A stretch of DNA of 64,000 bases from Propionibacteriaceae bacterium (lineage in GTDB: Bacteria; Actinomycetota; Actinomycetes; Propionibacteriales; Propionibacteriaceae), in the NCBI GenBank assembly GCA_905372155.1, contig CAJPNZ010000002.1, forward strand, positions 22,955 to 86,954. Reading direction: 5' to 3'. Of this stretch, positions 31,906 through 41,972 are shown piece after piece. Under the pieces are notes generated by a model, which saw only the letters and a program-made list of their open reading frames with translations, did not search any database and was not told the origin of the DNA. Both the position numbers and the translations under genes were made by a program. Within the stretch, counting starts at the first letter, position 1. Each line of letters begins with the position of its first letter.

Positions 31906-33200
31906 AGTGGGTACACCGTCGCTTCCTGCAGATAGGCGATGGGTCGTAGGCCGTCGGCACCGAGTTCACCGAACACGGTGGCAGGGGTGGCGCCCAGCTC
32001 GGCGAGCAGGCGCCAGTGGTCGGTGGTGTTGCCGGTCAGGGGCACTGCCCGCCCCGCGACCAGCCACGCCCCGTCGTCCCAGGCCAGCGACCCGTGGATG
32101 GCCACCGGCCAGGCCTCGCACCATGGATCGGCGGCCACCGCTTCACGGAACCCGGCGACGGCGGTTGCGACGTCATCGCCCACGATGTCCCAGCCGTCCA
32201 CCCGCCGGGACTCGGCGCGCCGGGCCCCGACTACCGCCCTCAGCCGGGGCCGCCCGGGGTGGAAGTGGAGGTCGGCGTCGATCTCGGAACCCGGATAGAG
32301 GCCGGTGTCGAAGCCGTCACCGGCCCGGGCGAAGAAAAGCACGAGAGCACGGGTGCCGGTGTCGCGGCCCCACAGCCAGACGCGCCGCACGCTGACCTGT
32401 TCCTCATCGGCATCGCGCATGCCCAGCACCACCCAGCGGTCCTTGATGCCGGGGGTCGCGAGCACGTCCTCGGTGCGGGTGCTCAACCCGATGCGGGATC
32501 GCACGGTTGCCACGAGATCACCGGGTAGTTTCTCACGTCCGGCCCATGCCCGGGCCAGGAGGTGCAGGGAACCGTACTCGTCAACGACGCGGGTGGGCCA
32601 GTCGCCCGACGACGGCTGGGCGGCGAGTTCCCGGAGCCGGGATGCGACGCCCGGGGCCTGCGCATCGACCATGCGCGCCGCCATGTGTTCCAGGCGCCGC
32701 GACCGTTCCCCGGCGTGGGTGGCCAGGCCCTCCCGGAGCTGGTCGGCCAGGAAACGATCGAGCTCGGCCAGGCCGTCGGTGATCCTCCCCTCGCGTTGCG
32801 CGGCCCTTTTGGCTGCGGCCGCCCGTTGTTCCTCGGTTCGTTGTCTCGGCTCGGTTTTCCTGGCAGCGCGGGCCTCGCGCGCATCCGCCCACTGGGAAGC
32901 GAACTCGGCCACCTCACCGGATTCGGAAACCCGACCCTGGGCCCACAGGAACAGCAGGGCGAGGGCGTGCTTGCAGGGAAACTTGCGGCTGGGGCAGGAG
33001 CACTTGTAAGCGGGTGAGGCCACGTCGACGCTCACCCGGTACGGTGTCCTTCCCGACCCCTGGCAGGCGCCCCACAACAGATCCCCCTGGAATCCGATCT
33101 CGGACCACGGGCCCGGGGTGGCGAGTTTGCGGCCCGCCTTGATCGACGAGGCATCGGGGGCGGCTGCTTCGACCCGATCCACTGTCCACGGTTCACCCAT
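31902..33200 (-). CDS. SWIM zinc-finger protein
   Basis: GACQGSG..PY and CSCPSRKFPCKH. Start at ATG 33200. Confidence 0.88.
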   Translation of the reverse strand: MGEPWTVDRVEAAAPDASSIKAGRKLATPGPWSEIGFQGDLLWGACQGSGRTPYRVSVDVASPAYKCSCPSRKFPCKHALALLFLWAQGRVSESGEVAEFASQWADAREARAARKTEPRQRTEEQRAAAAKRAAQREGRITDGLAELDRFLADQLREGLATHAGERSRRLEHMAARMVDAQAPGVASRLRELAAQPSSGDWPTRVVDEYGSLHLLARAWAGREKLPGDLVATVRSRIGLSTRTEDVLATPGIKDRWVVLGMRDADEEQVSVRRVWLWGRDTGTRALVLFFARAGDGFDTGLYPGSEIDADLHFHPGRPRLRAVVGARRAESRRVDGWDIVGDDVATAVAGFREAVAADPWCEAWPVAIHGSLAWDDGAWLVAGRAVPLTGNTTDHWRLLAELGATPATVFGELGADGLRPIAYLQEATVYPL

Positions 33201-33363
33201 GGGTCCAGAGAGTAACGGGCCCCACCGACACGAAGCCTCCCGGGAATTGACCGGGATCAACGCTCCTTCGGCGGAAGGAGGAGCAGGAGGGCCCCGTTCC
33301 CGTGGGATGTTCGCCTCGTCCCCTCGGGGTCCGGGACAACCGAGGCCTTGGTTCGTCCGGCGT

Positions 33364-33732
33364 TCACAGGACCACCACCGATCGCAGGACCTCGCCCTGC
33401 TCCATCCGGTCGGAGGCCCGCTCCACCTCGTCCAGGGCGATCTTCTCACTGACGAAGGCGTCGGGCAGCGGGATCCGGGGCACCTTCTCGTCCGGGGTGG
33501 GCACCCCGACCAGCACGACGTTCTCGCCGCGCCTCATCTCCCCGATGTTGATGGCGGCCCCGAGTCCCGCCGTCACACCGCAACCCAGCAACCCCACCGC
33601 GGCCGGGCGCTCCTCGGAATCGACCTTGGTGCACTGCCCGGAGTGGACAAGGGTTTTCTCGGTGAAGGCACCGATCCCGAGCGCCGCGGGAGCACCCTGT
33701 GACATTGCATTCAGGCCACGCACTGTTTCCAT
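33364..33732 (-). pseudogene. Remnant of a Zn-dependent alcohol dehydrogenase (S-(hydroxymethyl)mycothiol dehydrogenase-like)
   Basis: [39 protein letters not shown] and C-terminal [10 protein letters not shown] are fused. The N-terminal Zn site and NAD-binding GxGxxG are absent. Confidence 0.8.
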
Positions 33733-33900
33733 GTCCTTGAGGCTATGCAGGGATCCGGTACCGTAAACCCCCCTGCGCTGGGTTCACAGGGAACCCACAG
33801 CCCGGGGATGCCGGTTCCCGGGAGCGCGAATCGCGGTTCCGGCTTCGGGAAGTAACGCACGACTCCCCTTCTTCGGCTTCGTGGGAGAATCGGAGACGTC

Positions 33901-36432
33901 ATGACGAACCTCAGCGATCTCCTGCCCCGGGATCCCTCCCCAGATGTCCTCCTCGATGTCTTCACCGAGTGGGTGGAGTCCTCGGGCATTTCGCTGTACC
34001 CGCACCAGGAGGAGTCGCTGCTGGCAGTTCTCGCGGGAGACAACGTCATCGTCACCACACCCACGGGCTCCGGGAAGTCATTGATCGCGCTCGGCGCCCA
34101 CTTCGCGGCCCTGGCGGAGGGTCGCCGCACCTGGTACACCGCCCCCATCAAGGCCCTTGTGAACGAGAAGTTCTTCGCCCTGTGCGAAGCGTTCGGGGCC
34201 GAGCGGGTCGGAATGGTCACGGGGGATGCCTCGGTCAACGCCGACGCCCCCATCGTCTGCTGCACCGCCGAGATCCTGGCCAACCTGGCGTTGCGGGAGG
34301 GGCGCGGCGCCGATGCCGGGCAGGTGGTGATGGACGAGTTCCACTTCCTCGCCGAACCGGAACGCGGCTGGGCGTGGCAGGTTCCGCTGGTGGAACTCCC
34401 CCAGGCGCAGTTCGTGATCATGTCGGCAACCCTCGGGGACGTGACGGCACTTGCCGATGACCTGACCCGGCGCACCGGACGCGAAACGGCCGTGATCGGC
34501 GGGGCGACCCGTCCCGTCCCGCTCACCTATCGCTGGTCGCTGGCGCCGCTTCACGAGACCATCGCGGAGATCGTCGAAACCCACCAGGCGCCCGTCTACA
34601 TCGTCCACCCCACCCAGGGGGCGGCCGTCGAGCAGGCGACGGCCCTGCTCAGCCAGGGAGTGGTGCGCAAGGCCGGTGCCGCTGTTCCGGAGGAGTTGAA
34701 GCAGGCCATCTCGGGGTTTCCGTTCGCCGGTGGTTTCGGGGCGACGCTGTCCAAGCTGCTGCGCGGCGGGATCGGGGTTCACCACGCCGGGATGCTGCCG
34801 CGTTACCGGCGTCTGGTGGAGCAGCTGGCCCAGCGCGGGTTGCTGGCGGTGATCTGTGGCACCGACACCCTGGGGGTCGGCATCAACGTTCCCATCCGCA
34901 CCGTGCTGTTCAGTTCCCTGACGAAGTTCGATGGCCGGCGCCAGCGGGTGCTGCGCAGCCGCGAATTCCACCAGATCGCGGGCCGCGCGGGCCGCGCCGG
35001 TTTCGATTCCATCGGTAACGTGGTGGCCCAGGCCCCCGAGCACGAGGTGGAGAACGCCCGGATCCTGGCCAAACACCAGGGAGACGAGAAGAAACTGCGG
35101 TCGGTGCGGCGCAAGAAACCACCGGAGGGTTTCGTCAACTACACGCAGGCCACCTTCACCAAACTGATCGATTCGTCCCCGGAGCAGCTGCACGCCCGGA
35201 TGAGGATCAGCCACGCCCTGCTGCTGAACCTGTTGCAGCGGGACGAGGAGACCGGCGTCGCGGTCGCCCGCCTGATCGACTCCACCAACCCGGAACCGAA
35301 GGCACGCCGCGCCATGCTGCGCCGCGCCGCCGGGCTCGGCCGGTCGTTGCTGCGGGCCGAGGTGATCACCCGACTGCCCGAACCCACCCCCGGCGGTCGC
35401 CGCTACCGGTTGAACGTCGACCTGCAGCGTGATTTCGCGCTGAACCAGCCCCTGTCGGCCTTTGCCCTGGCGGTGGTCGAGACCCTCGACCCCGGCTCCC
35501 CCGACTACGCCCTCGACGTGGTCTCCGTGATCGAGGCGACCCTGGAGGATCCCCGGGTGGTGTTGCTTGCCCAGCAGTTCAGGGCGCGCGGCCAGGCGGT
35601 CGCGGAGATGAAGGCCGACGGCTGGGACTACGAGGAACGCATGGAGGCCCTGGAGGAGATCACCTGGCCCCAGCCCCTGGCCGAGCTGCTGGAGCAGGCC
35701 CACATCGAGTACTCGGTGGCGCATCCCTGGCTGTCGGAGACCCCGGTCAGCCCGAAGTCGGTGGTGCGGGACATGTACGCCCAGGGCATGACCTTCGGCG
35801 AGTACGTGGCCCACTACAAGCTGCAGCGCACCGAGGGGTTGTTGCTGCGCTACCTCACCGACGCCTACCGGGCGTTGCGGCAGAGCATTCCTGAGGGGCT
35901 GCGCACCGGCGAGCTGGAGGACCTGATCGCCTGGCTCGGTGAGATAACCAGGCTGGTGGACTCGTCGCTGCTGGACGAGTGGAACGAACTCGCCGCCCTG
36001 GCCGGGGTTCCCACCGAGCAGCGGGCCGAGGTGGCTCCCTCGGCACGGCCCGTCACGGGCAACGAACGCGCCTTCAGGGTGATGGTGCGAAACGCCATGT
36101 GGCGGCGTGTGGAGCTGTGTGCCGACGACGACGTGGACGGTTTGACCGCCCTGACCAGCGGAGATCCCATGACCCGGCAGCGTTGGGACGACGCCTTGGG
36201 CGACTACTGGGACGAGCACGAGGACATTGGCGTCGGCGCGGATGCGCGCGGCCCCGCGTTCTTCGTCGTCGAACCGAGACGGGGCGGCAGGCTCTGGGAG
36301 GTGCGTCAGATCATCGATGATCCCGCGGGCAACCGCGACTGGTCCATCTTCGCCACCGTCGACCTCGACGCCTGCGACGAGGCCGGGGAGCTCGTGCTGC
36401 GCACCTTGGACTTCAGCCGGCTGGATGGTTGA
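33901..36432 (+). CDS. Ski2-like SF2 helicase with a DUF3516-type C-terminus
   Basis: PTGSGKS, PIKALVNEK, DEFH, MSAT, HHAGMLP, QIAGRAGR. Confidence 0.92.
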   Translation: MTNLSDLLPRDPSPDVLLDVFTEWVESSGISLYPHQEESLLAVLAGDNVIVTTPTGSGKSLIALGAHFAALAEGRRTWYTAPIKALVNEKFFALCEAFGAERVGMVTGDASVNADAPIVCCTAEILANLALREGRGADAGQVVMDEFHFLAEPERGWAWQVPLVELPQAQFVIMSATLGDVTALADDLTRRTGRETAVIGGATRPVPLTYRWSLAPLHETIAEIVETHQAPVYIVHPTQGAAVEQATALLSQGVVRKAGAAVPEELKQAISGFPFAGGFGATLSKLLRGGIGVHHAGMLPRYRRLVEQLAQRGLLAVICGTDTLGVGINVPIRTVLFSSLTKFDGRRQRVLRSREFHQIAGRAGRAGFDSIGNVVAQAPEHEVENARILAKHQGDEKKLRSVRRKKPPEGFVNYTQATFTKLIDSSPEQLHARMRISHALLLNLLQRDEETGVAVARLIDSTNPEPKARRAMLRRAAGLGRSLLRAEVITRLPEPTPGGRRYRLNVDLQRDFALNQPLSAFALAVVETLDPGSPDYALDVVSVIEATLEDPRVVLLAQQFRARGQAVAEMKADGWDYEERMEALEEITWPQPLAELLEQAHIEYSVAHPWLSETPVSPKSVVRDMYAQGMTFGEYVAHYKLQRTEGLLLRYLTDAYRALRQSIPEGLRTGELEDLIAWLGEITRLVDSSLLDEWNELAALAGVPTEQRAEVAPSARPVTGNERAFRVMVRNAMWRRVELCADDDVDGLTALTSGDPMTRQRWDDALGDYWDEHEDIGVGADARGPAFFVVEPRRGGRLWEVRQIIDDPAGNRDWSIFATVDLDACDEAGELVLRTLDFSRLDG

Positions 36433-37279
36433 GCAGGGGCAGGATCCGCTCGGTGAACAGGGGTGCCCATCCGGGTTCCGGGGAGGCCGGATCCACGAAA
36501 CGGGCCTCCTCGATCTCGGACCGCGGAACCGGGAGCCGGTCGAGGGACTCGGGTGCGCGGAAGACGTCGGCGAGAACGACGGTGTCGGTCTCATTGGCGG
36601 CCGCGGCGCGATGCCTTCCCAAAGGCAGCAGTCCCTCCGGGTCGAGTTCCAGCCCCAGCTCCTCACGCAACTCGCGGACAGCGCACTGCTCCGGGGTTTC
36701 CCCCGGTTCGGGTTTCCCACCCGGGTTGAGGAAGGCGTCGGTGCCGCGTTTGCGGACCATCAGCACCCGGCCCGCCGTGTCTGTGAGGACCACGGCGCTG
36801 ACCCGGATCTCCGCCGGCCTTCGCATCCTCGTGTGCGGGATGCCCGCCTCCGGGTACTCCGGACCCACCGGCTCGAATCCGAATTCGCGGTAGAGCGGAA
36901 CCACGTGGCTCTGCGAGTGGATCACGATCGGCTGCCCGCCGAAGCGTCCCAGCACGGCCGCAACCAGTGCGCGCGCCAGGCCGTCGCCGCGCCTGTCGGC
37001 CCTGACGGCCACCCTCCCGAAGGAGCGGGTTGCTCCCAGTTCGGGTTCGCCGAGCAGCACCGTGCGCAGATATCCCGCGCAACCGGTTTCGTCGGGGATC
37101 CACCAGTGGAGGGTCCCGGGATGCCTGTCGAGGTCGTCGAGGTCGGGAATGTCGATGCGTTGCTCCACGAAGAACACCTCGGATCTCAAGGACACGATCT
37201 CGAAGAACTCATCCCGGGTCAGTTCTTCCCAGTTCCTGACCTGTATCGAGGTTTCCACGATGTCGCCTGCTCCCTTCAC
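36413..37279 (-). CDS. ElaA-like GNAT / NUDIX hydrolase fusion
   Basis: N-half LRSEVFFVEQ..DLD, GRVAV, EAGIPH; C-half Nudix box PGGKPEPGETPEQCAVRELREELG. Start may be the GTG at 37258. Confidence 0.85.
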   Translation of the reverse strand: MKGAGDIVETSIQVRNWEELTRDEFFEIVSLRSEVFFVEQRIDIPDLDDLDRHPGTLHWWIPDETGCAGYLRTVLLGEPELGATRSFGRVAVRADRRGDGLARALVAAVLGRFGGQPIVIHSQSHVVPLYREFGFEPVGPEYPEAGIPHTRMRRPAEIRVSAVVLTDTAGRVLMVRKRGTDAFLNPGGKPEPGETPEQCAVRELREELGLELDPEGLLPLGRHRAAAANETDTVVLADVFRAPESLDRLPVPRSEIEEARFVDPASPEPGWAPLFTERILPLLNHPAG

Positions 37280-37373
37280 CCCACCACGGGAAACCCGCGG
37301 GAACCGCCCGGCCCCCGTTTTGGTGGTGTGGCGTAACCTGAGGGTACAGGGCGCTTTCTAGGAGTGATTTGCC

Positions 37374-38102
37374 GTGAGCCTTGGTGGCTTGATGATCATG
37401 ATGATTGTGGCCGGGATGATCTTCCTGGCTCTCAGGGGTTCGCGCGCGTTGAACAGGGGTCAGCAGCCGCAGCAACTCGGCGCGGGACCGGTGCGATACG
37501 GCGAGACCCCCCTCGGGGATGCGGCACGCGCTTCCTTGGATGCCGACATCACGCGTTTCGGCGACGAGTTGCGCGATCTCGACCTGGACGTGGTCGGTAT
37601 CGAGTTGAGCGAGGAGGCCCGGGCGAATTACTCGGAGGCTCTCGACGCCTACGAGAACGCCAAGCAGGCCATGAACCAGGCGCGCTACGAATCCGACGCC
37701 ACCGCCATCGCCCACATCCTCGAGGAAGGGCGCTACGCGATGGCCTGTGTGAAGTCCCGCGCCCAGGGCCAACCGGTGCCGGAACGCCGCCCGCCGTGCT
37801 TCTTCGACCCGGCCCACGGGCCCTCCACCAGGAACGTCACCTGGGCTCCCCCCGGCGGCGCGCCACGCGAGGTCCCGGCCTGCGCGCTCGACGCGGCCCG
37901 CGTCACATCCGGGGCGGACCCGCACATCCGTATGGTCCAGCAGGGCTACCAAGCGGTTCCCTACTGGCAGGATCAGGGGCACGCCGCCTACGCGCGTGGT
38001 TACTACGAACCCTACGGGCTGGATCCGGTGGTCCAGGGACTGGCGAAGGGTGCGTTGCTGTTCGGTGGGTTCTCCCTCCTGATGGGGCTCCTCGACGACT
38101 GA
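37374..38102 (+). CDS. Conserved actinobacterial membrane-anchored hypothetical protein
   Basis: N-terminal TM; RRPPCFFDPAHGPS..VPACALD motif; AGGAG RBS. Confidence 0.75.
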   Translation: MSLGGLMIMMIVAGMIFLALRGSRALNRGQQPQQLGAGPVRYGETPLGDAARASLDADITRFGDELRDLDLDVVGIELSEEARANYSEALDAYENAKQAMNQARYESDATAIAHILEEGRYAMACVKSRAQGQPVPERRPPCFFDPAHGPSTRNVTWAPPGGAPREVPACALDAARVTSGADPHIRMVQQGYQAVPYWQDQGHAAYARGYYEPYGLDPVVQGLAKGALLFGGFSLLMGLLDD

Positions 38103-38222
38103 CCCGTTCGGCACCGGTTTTCCGGTGCCGGCAGCCCATGGCCCCGGGGACGCACAGGCCCGCCCGGTGGCGGGAGGCCCGGCCATGCGGAAAAATGAGG
38201 CACTCGTCCGATGAGGTAGGCG

Positions 38223-40064
38223 GTGCACGTGTTCAGGGAACTTCGAGAGGGGATCGGTGGATTCCTGCGATCCGCCGGCCTCATGTTCCGGTATCTGATC
38301 GTAACGAGCATCCTCCAGGCCACGGTCCTCTTTCCCCTGTTCTGGTGGGCCGCAAAGTACCTGTTCGCGATGCGGGGCCTGGTATCCCTGAACAACGCCA
38401 ACGCGAGCCGGTTCCTGCTCTCCACCCCGGGGGCGCTGTTCATCCTGCTCGCCCTGACGATGGTGTTGTTGACGACCCTGCTGGAGGTCGGCGGGTTCGT
38501 GAAGCTGAGCGCCATCGCGATCGGGAGCGACACAAAACCCTCCTACCTCACCGTCATCGGCAGTATCCTCCGTTCCCTGTTCAAGATCGCCGGGCCGGGC
38601 CTGGTCCTTCTCCTGCCGTTCGCGCTGGTGGTGCTGCCGTTGACGGGGTCGGCGCTGAACCCGAGTTTCCTCACCAAGTTTCGCATTCCGAATTTCATCA
38701 CCGCCGCCATTTTCGCCAATCCCCTGTACGCCGTCGCCTACTGGTGCCTCGTGGCCCTGATGTACGTCGCGGCCCTGATGATCGTCTTCGTCTTCCACTT
38801 CATGCTGCTCGGTGATCTCAAGACCCTCGCTGCAATCAGAGCGAGCATTCGCCTGATGAAACCGAACGTGCTGCGTTTCGCGGCCTTCATGTTTCTCGCG
38901 ATCCTGTTCTTCGCCATCCTCGCCGCGCTCGTCATCGGAGCGGTCGCCAGCCTCCATCTCCTGAGCATGATGGCTGTCCCGGAGGGTGCCACCGCCCTCG
39001 CGACCTTCGTCGGTTCCGTTTTCGTGATCCTGCTGGCCCTGGTGGTCGGCCTGATGGCCAGTTTCGTGGTGCCGCTGGAGCTGTACCTGCTCACCAACCG
39101 CTACTACGCCTTCCTGCGGAAATTGCCCGATTCCGATCCGCTCAGGCCGTTGGCCGACGTCGTGCCCACCATGCCCCCCAAGAAACGCCCGAGTCTCCTC
39201 GACCGCGCCCTGGGACACCGGATCGCACTCAGTTTTCTGGTCGCGGCGTTCGTGGTCAGCATCGCTGGTCTCTTCACCATCACCGCCGACGAATTGACGG
39301 CCGCACCCGACATCGCAGTGGTGGGGCACCGCGGCGGACCGGATGACACCGCGGTGGAGAACAGCATGGAGGCGGTCGAGCAGTCGATCGCCGCCGGGGC
39401 CGGTTACGTCGAGATGGACATCCAGCGCACCCGGGACGGCCAGTACGTGGTCTTCCATGACGAGGATTTCTCGCGGTTCACCCATGAACGCCGCTCGGTT
39501 CACGAAATGACGTTGGCCGAGATCCGGGAGCTGGATCTCGGCGAGAAGTCGAATGGCAGGTTCAGCAACGTCAGGGTGCCCACCCTGGAGGAACTTCTGG
39601 AGAGAACCCGCGGGCGCATCGGGATCTTCCTCGAACTCAAGGGCCGCAGCGCCGACCAGCAGATGGTCGACGATGCCGTTGCGGCCGTGAAGCGCCACGA
39701 CATGCTGGACCGCGTGGTGGTGATATCGCTCAAGTACGAGTTGATCACCGGAATTGAGGAACGCCACCCCGAGGTGACGAGCGGTTTCATTTATTTCCTG
39801 TCCTTCGGGGACACCGCGCACCTGGTCGGCGACTACTTGATTCTTGAGGAGGACGCCGCCACCAGTGACACGATCACGCAGATCCACGAGGCTGGTAAAC
39901 GCGCCGCAGTCTGGACCGTCAACACTGAGGAATCAATGCAGAAATTCGTCAACTGGCCGGTGGATGCCGTGATCACCGACCGGGTCCGGCAGTGGCAGGC
40001 CGTCGCGGAGGAACGCCGGCGGGCCGCCCCGCTGGATGTGCTGATGAGTGAGCTCATCGAGTAG
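38223..40064 (+). CDS. Glycerophosphodiester phosphodiesterase with a multi-TM membrane domain
   Basis: N-terminal TM bundle; GHRGG, ENS, EMDIQRTRDG, VFHD, LELK, WTVN, ITDR. Confidence 0.92.
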   Translation: MHVFRELREGIGGFLRSAGLMFRYLIVTSILQATVLFPLFWWAAKYLFAMRGLVSLNNANASRFLLSTPGALFILLALTMVLLTTLLEVGGFVKLSAIAIGSDTKPSYLTVIGSILRSLFKIAGPGLVLLLPFALVVLPLTGSALNPSFLTKFRIPNFITAAIFANPLYAVAYWCLVALMYVAALMIVFVFHFMLLGDLKTLAAIRASIRLMKPNVLRFAAFMFLAILFFAILAALVIGAVASLHLLSMMAVPEGATALATFVGSVFVILLALVVGLMASFVVPLELYLLTNRYYAFLRKLPDSDPLRPLADVVPTMPPKKRPSLLDRALGHRIALSFLVAAFVVSIAGLFTITADELTAAPDIAVVGHRGGPDDTAVENSMEAVEQSIAAGAGYVEMDIQRTRDGQYVVFHDEDFSRFTHERRSVHEMTLAEIRELDLGEKSNGRFSNVRVPTLEELLERTRGRIGIFLELKGRSADQQMVDDAVAAVKRHDMLDRVVVISLKYELITGIEERHPEVTSGFIYFLSFGDTAHLVGDYLILEEDAATSDTITQIHEAGKRAAVWTVNTEESMQKFVNWPVDAVITDRVRQWQAVAEERRRAAPLDVLMSELIE

Positions 40065-40124
40065 GAGGCTCCGGCGCCGTGGCGCCGGAGGATGCCGCGG
40101 AGCTGGGGTACGCTTCGGGGCCGT

Positions 40125-41873
40125 ATGACTTCCTCCGCGTTCGAACACCTCTCCCCCGCGTTCCCGCAGCGCGCCGCCTGGGGCACCGCGCAGAGTCTCC
40201 GGGCCTGGCAGGTGGCCGCCCTCGAGCTGTACGCGACCAGCCAGCCCCGCGACTTCCTGTGCGTGGCCACCCCCGGGGCGGGCAAGACGACCTTCGCGTT
40301 GCGTGTCGCCCATCAGCTGTTGCACACCCGGACCGTGAAACGCGTCGTGGTGGTGACCCCCACCGAGCACCTCAAGACGCAGTGGGCCGATGCCGCGGCC
40401 CGGGTCGGTATTCACCTGGATCCGGGCACCGGAGGGGTGAGGCGGGGACGCTCCAGGCAGTTCGACGGGTCGGTGGTGACCTACGCGGGGGTTTCCTTGC
40501 GCGCCTACGCCTACGAGGCACTGTGCAACCAGGTTTCCACGCTGGTGATCTTCGACGAGATCCATCATGCGGGCGACACCAGGAGTTGGGGGGACGGCAT
40601 CCTGCAGGGTTTCTCCGAGGCCACCCGCCGCCTGGCACTAACCGGCACCCCGTTCCGCTCCGATGACAGCCCGATCCCGTTCGTGACCTATGAGGAATCC
40701 GAGTCGGGGGTCAGGATCTCGCGGGCCGACTACACCTACGGCTACCGGGAGGCTCTGGCGGACCACGTGGTGCGGCCCGTGATCTTCATGAACTACGGCG
40801 GGCAGATGCGTTGGCGGATGCGCTCCGGGGAGGTGCTCGACGCCGACCTGGGAACGATACTCACCAAGGACCTGACCGCCCACGCCTGGCGCACCGCCCT
40901 GTCGCCGACGGGCGAGTGGATCCCCGCCGTGCTGCGGGCCGCTGACCAGCGCCTGACGCAGGTGCGTCGCGCCATCCCCGACGCGGGCGGCCTGGTGATA
41001 GCCACCAATCAGTCCGTGGCGCGCTCCTACGCGAAGATCCTGACCGGGATCACGGGGAAACGCCCCACCGTGATCCTCTCCGACGACGCCAGGGCCGGCG
41101 GGAGGATCGAGGAGTTCGCCGCAGGCCAGGATCGCTGGATGGTGGCGGTCCGGATGGTCTCGGAGGGGGTGGACGTGCCACGGTTGGCTGTCGGGGTCTA
41201 TGCGACGTCCACCTCGACTCCGTTGTTCTTCGCCCAGGCGGTGGGCAGGTTCGTGCGTTCGAGGCGGCGCGGCGAGGTGGCGACGGTGTTCCTGCCCACC
41301 GTGCCGATCCTGCTGGCCCACGCCGCGACGCTGGAGCGGCAACGCGACCACGTGCTGGGACGTCCCCGCTCCGGGGAAACCGACATCTGGGCGGAGACGG
41401 AGGCCCTCATCGATGCGGCCAACCGCGAAGAAACGGCCTCCGATGACCTCCTGGGCGAGTTCGAGGCCCTCGAATCCCAGGCCACCTTCGACCACGTGCT
41501 GTTCGAGTCCCAGGCCTTCGGGATGCACGCCGAACCCACCTCGCAGGACGAACTCGACTACCTGGGACTACCCGGTCTCCTGGAACCCGAGCAGGTGAGC
41601 ACCCTCCTGGCCGAGCGGCAACGCCGCCAGCTCAGACGGCGCGAACGCAGGGATCCGAAGTCGCAACCGGAGGTGCCGCTGCACCGGGCACTCGCGAACC
41701 AGCGCAAGGAACTCAACTCCCTGGTGGCCCAGCTGGCTCGCCTGGAACAACGCCCCCACAGCCACGTACACGCCGACCTGCGCCGCGAGTGCGGCGGCCC
41801 GCCGCTGGCCCAGGCGACGACCGAACAGGTTGCCGAACGCATCGCCAGGGCAAGGGCCTGGCTCAGGCGCTGA
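40125..41873 (+). CDS. DEAD/DEAH-box (SF2) helicase; its 3' end is the island attachment site
   Basis: ATPGAGKT, DEIHH, LTGTPFRSD, MVSEGVDVP, QAVGRFVR. Confidence 0.92.
   Translation: MTSSAFEHLSPAFPQRAAWGTAQSLRAWQVAALELYATSQPRDFLCVATPGAGKTTFALRVAHQLLHTRTVKRVVVVTPTEHLKTQWADAAARVGIHLDPGTGGVRRGRSRQFDGSVVTYAGVSLRAYAYEALCNQVSTLVIFDEIHHAGDTRSWGDGILQGFSEATRRLALTGTPFRSDDSPIPFVTYEESESGVRISRADYTYGYREALADHVVRPVIFMNYGGQMRWRMRSGEVLDADLGTILTKDLTAHAWRTALSPTGEWIPAVLRAADQRLTQVRRAIPDAGGLVIATNQSVARSYAKILTGITGKRPTVILSDDARAGGRIEEFAAGQDRWMVAVRMVSEGVDVPRLAVGVYATSTSTPLFFAQAVGRFVRSRRRGEVATVFLPTVPILLAHAATLERQRDHVLGRPRSGETDIWAETEALIDAANREETASDDLLGEFEALESQATFDHVLFESQAFGMHAEPTSQDELDYLGLPGLLEPEQVSTLLAERQRRQLRRRERRDPKSQPEVPLHRALANQRKELNSLVAQLARLEQRPHSHVHADLRRECGGPPLAQATTEQVAERIARARAWLRR
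41802..41873 (+). repeat. Direct repeat copy 1 (attL-like), the last 72 bp of the helicase gene
   Basis: CCGCTGGCCCAGGCGACGACCGAACAGGTTGCCGAACGCATC...GGCTCAGGCGCTGA; 70/72 identical to 55118-55189. Confidence 0.95.
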
Positions 41874-41891
41874 AGAACCCGCAACCTTGGC

Positions 41892-41920
41892 TTCACAACA
41901 AGAAAAGCTAGTGATACTCT
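41892..41920 (+). promoter_or_regulatory. SigA-type promoter of the uptake operon
   Basis: TTCACA (41892-41897), 17 bp, then TACTCT (41915-41920) preceded by an extended -10 TG. Confidence 0.55.
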
Positions 41921-41928
41921 CACTCATC

Positions 41929-41947
41929 AAAGGTTAGTTTCGCTTAA
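41929..41947. promoter_or_regulatory. Putative DtxR/IdeR-type iron box
   Basis: AAAGGTTAGTTTCGCTTAA matches 13/19 positions of TWAGGTWAGSCTWACCTWA, just downstream of the -10. Confidence 0.5.
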
Positions 41948-41972
41948 GTGAGGCATTCGAGAGGTCGTACGC

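Noticed and set aside
34078..39887. Very long antisense ORFs (880 aa and 892 aa)
   Set aside because: They overlap well-supported genes on the opposite strand and have no motifs; typical GC-rich codon-bias artefacts.
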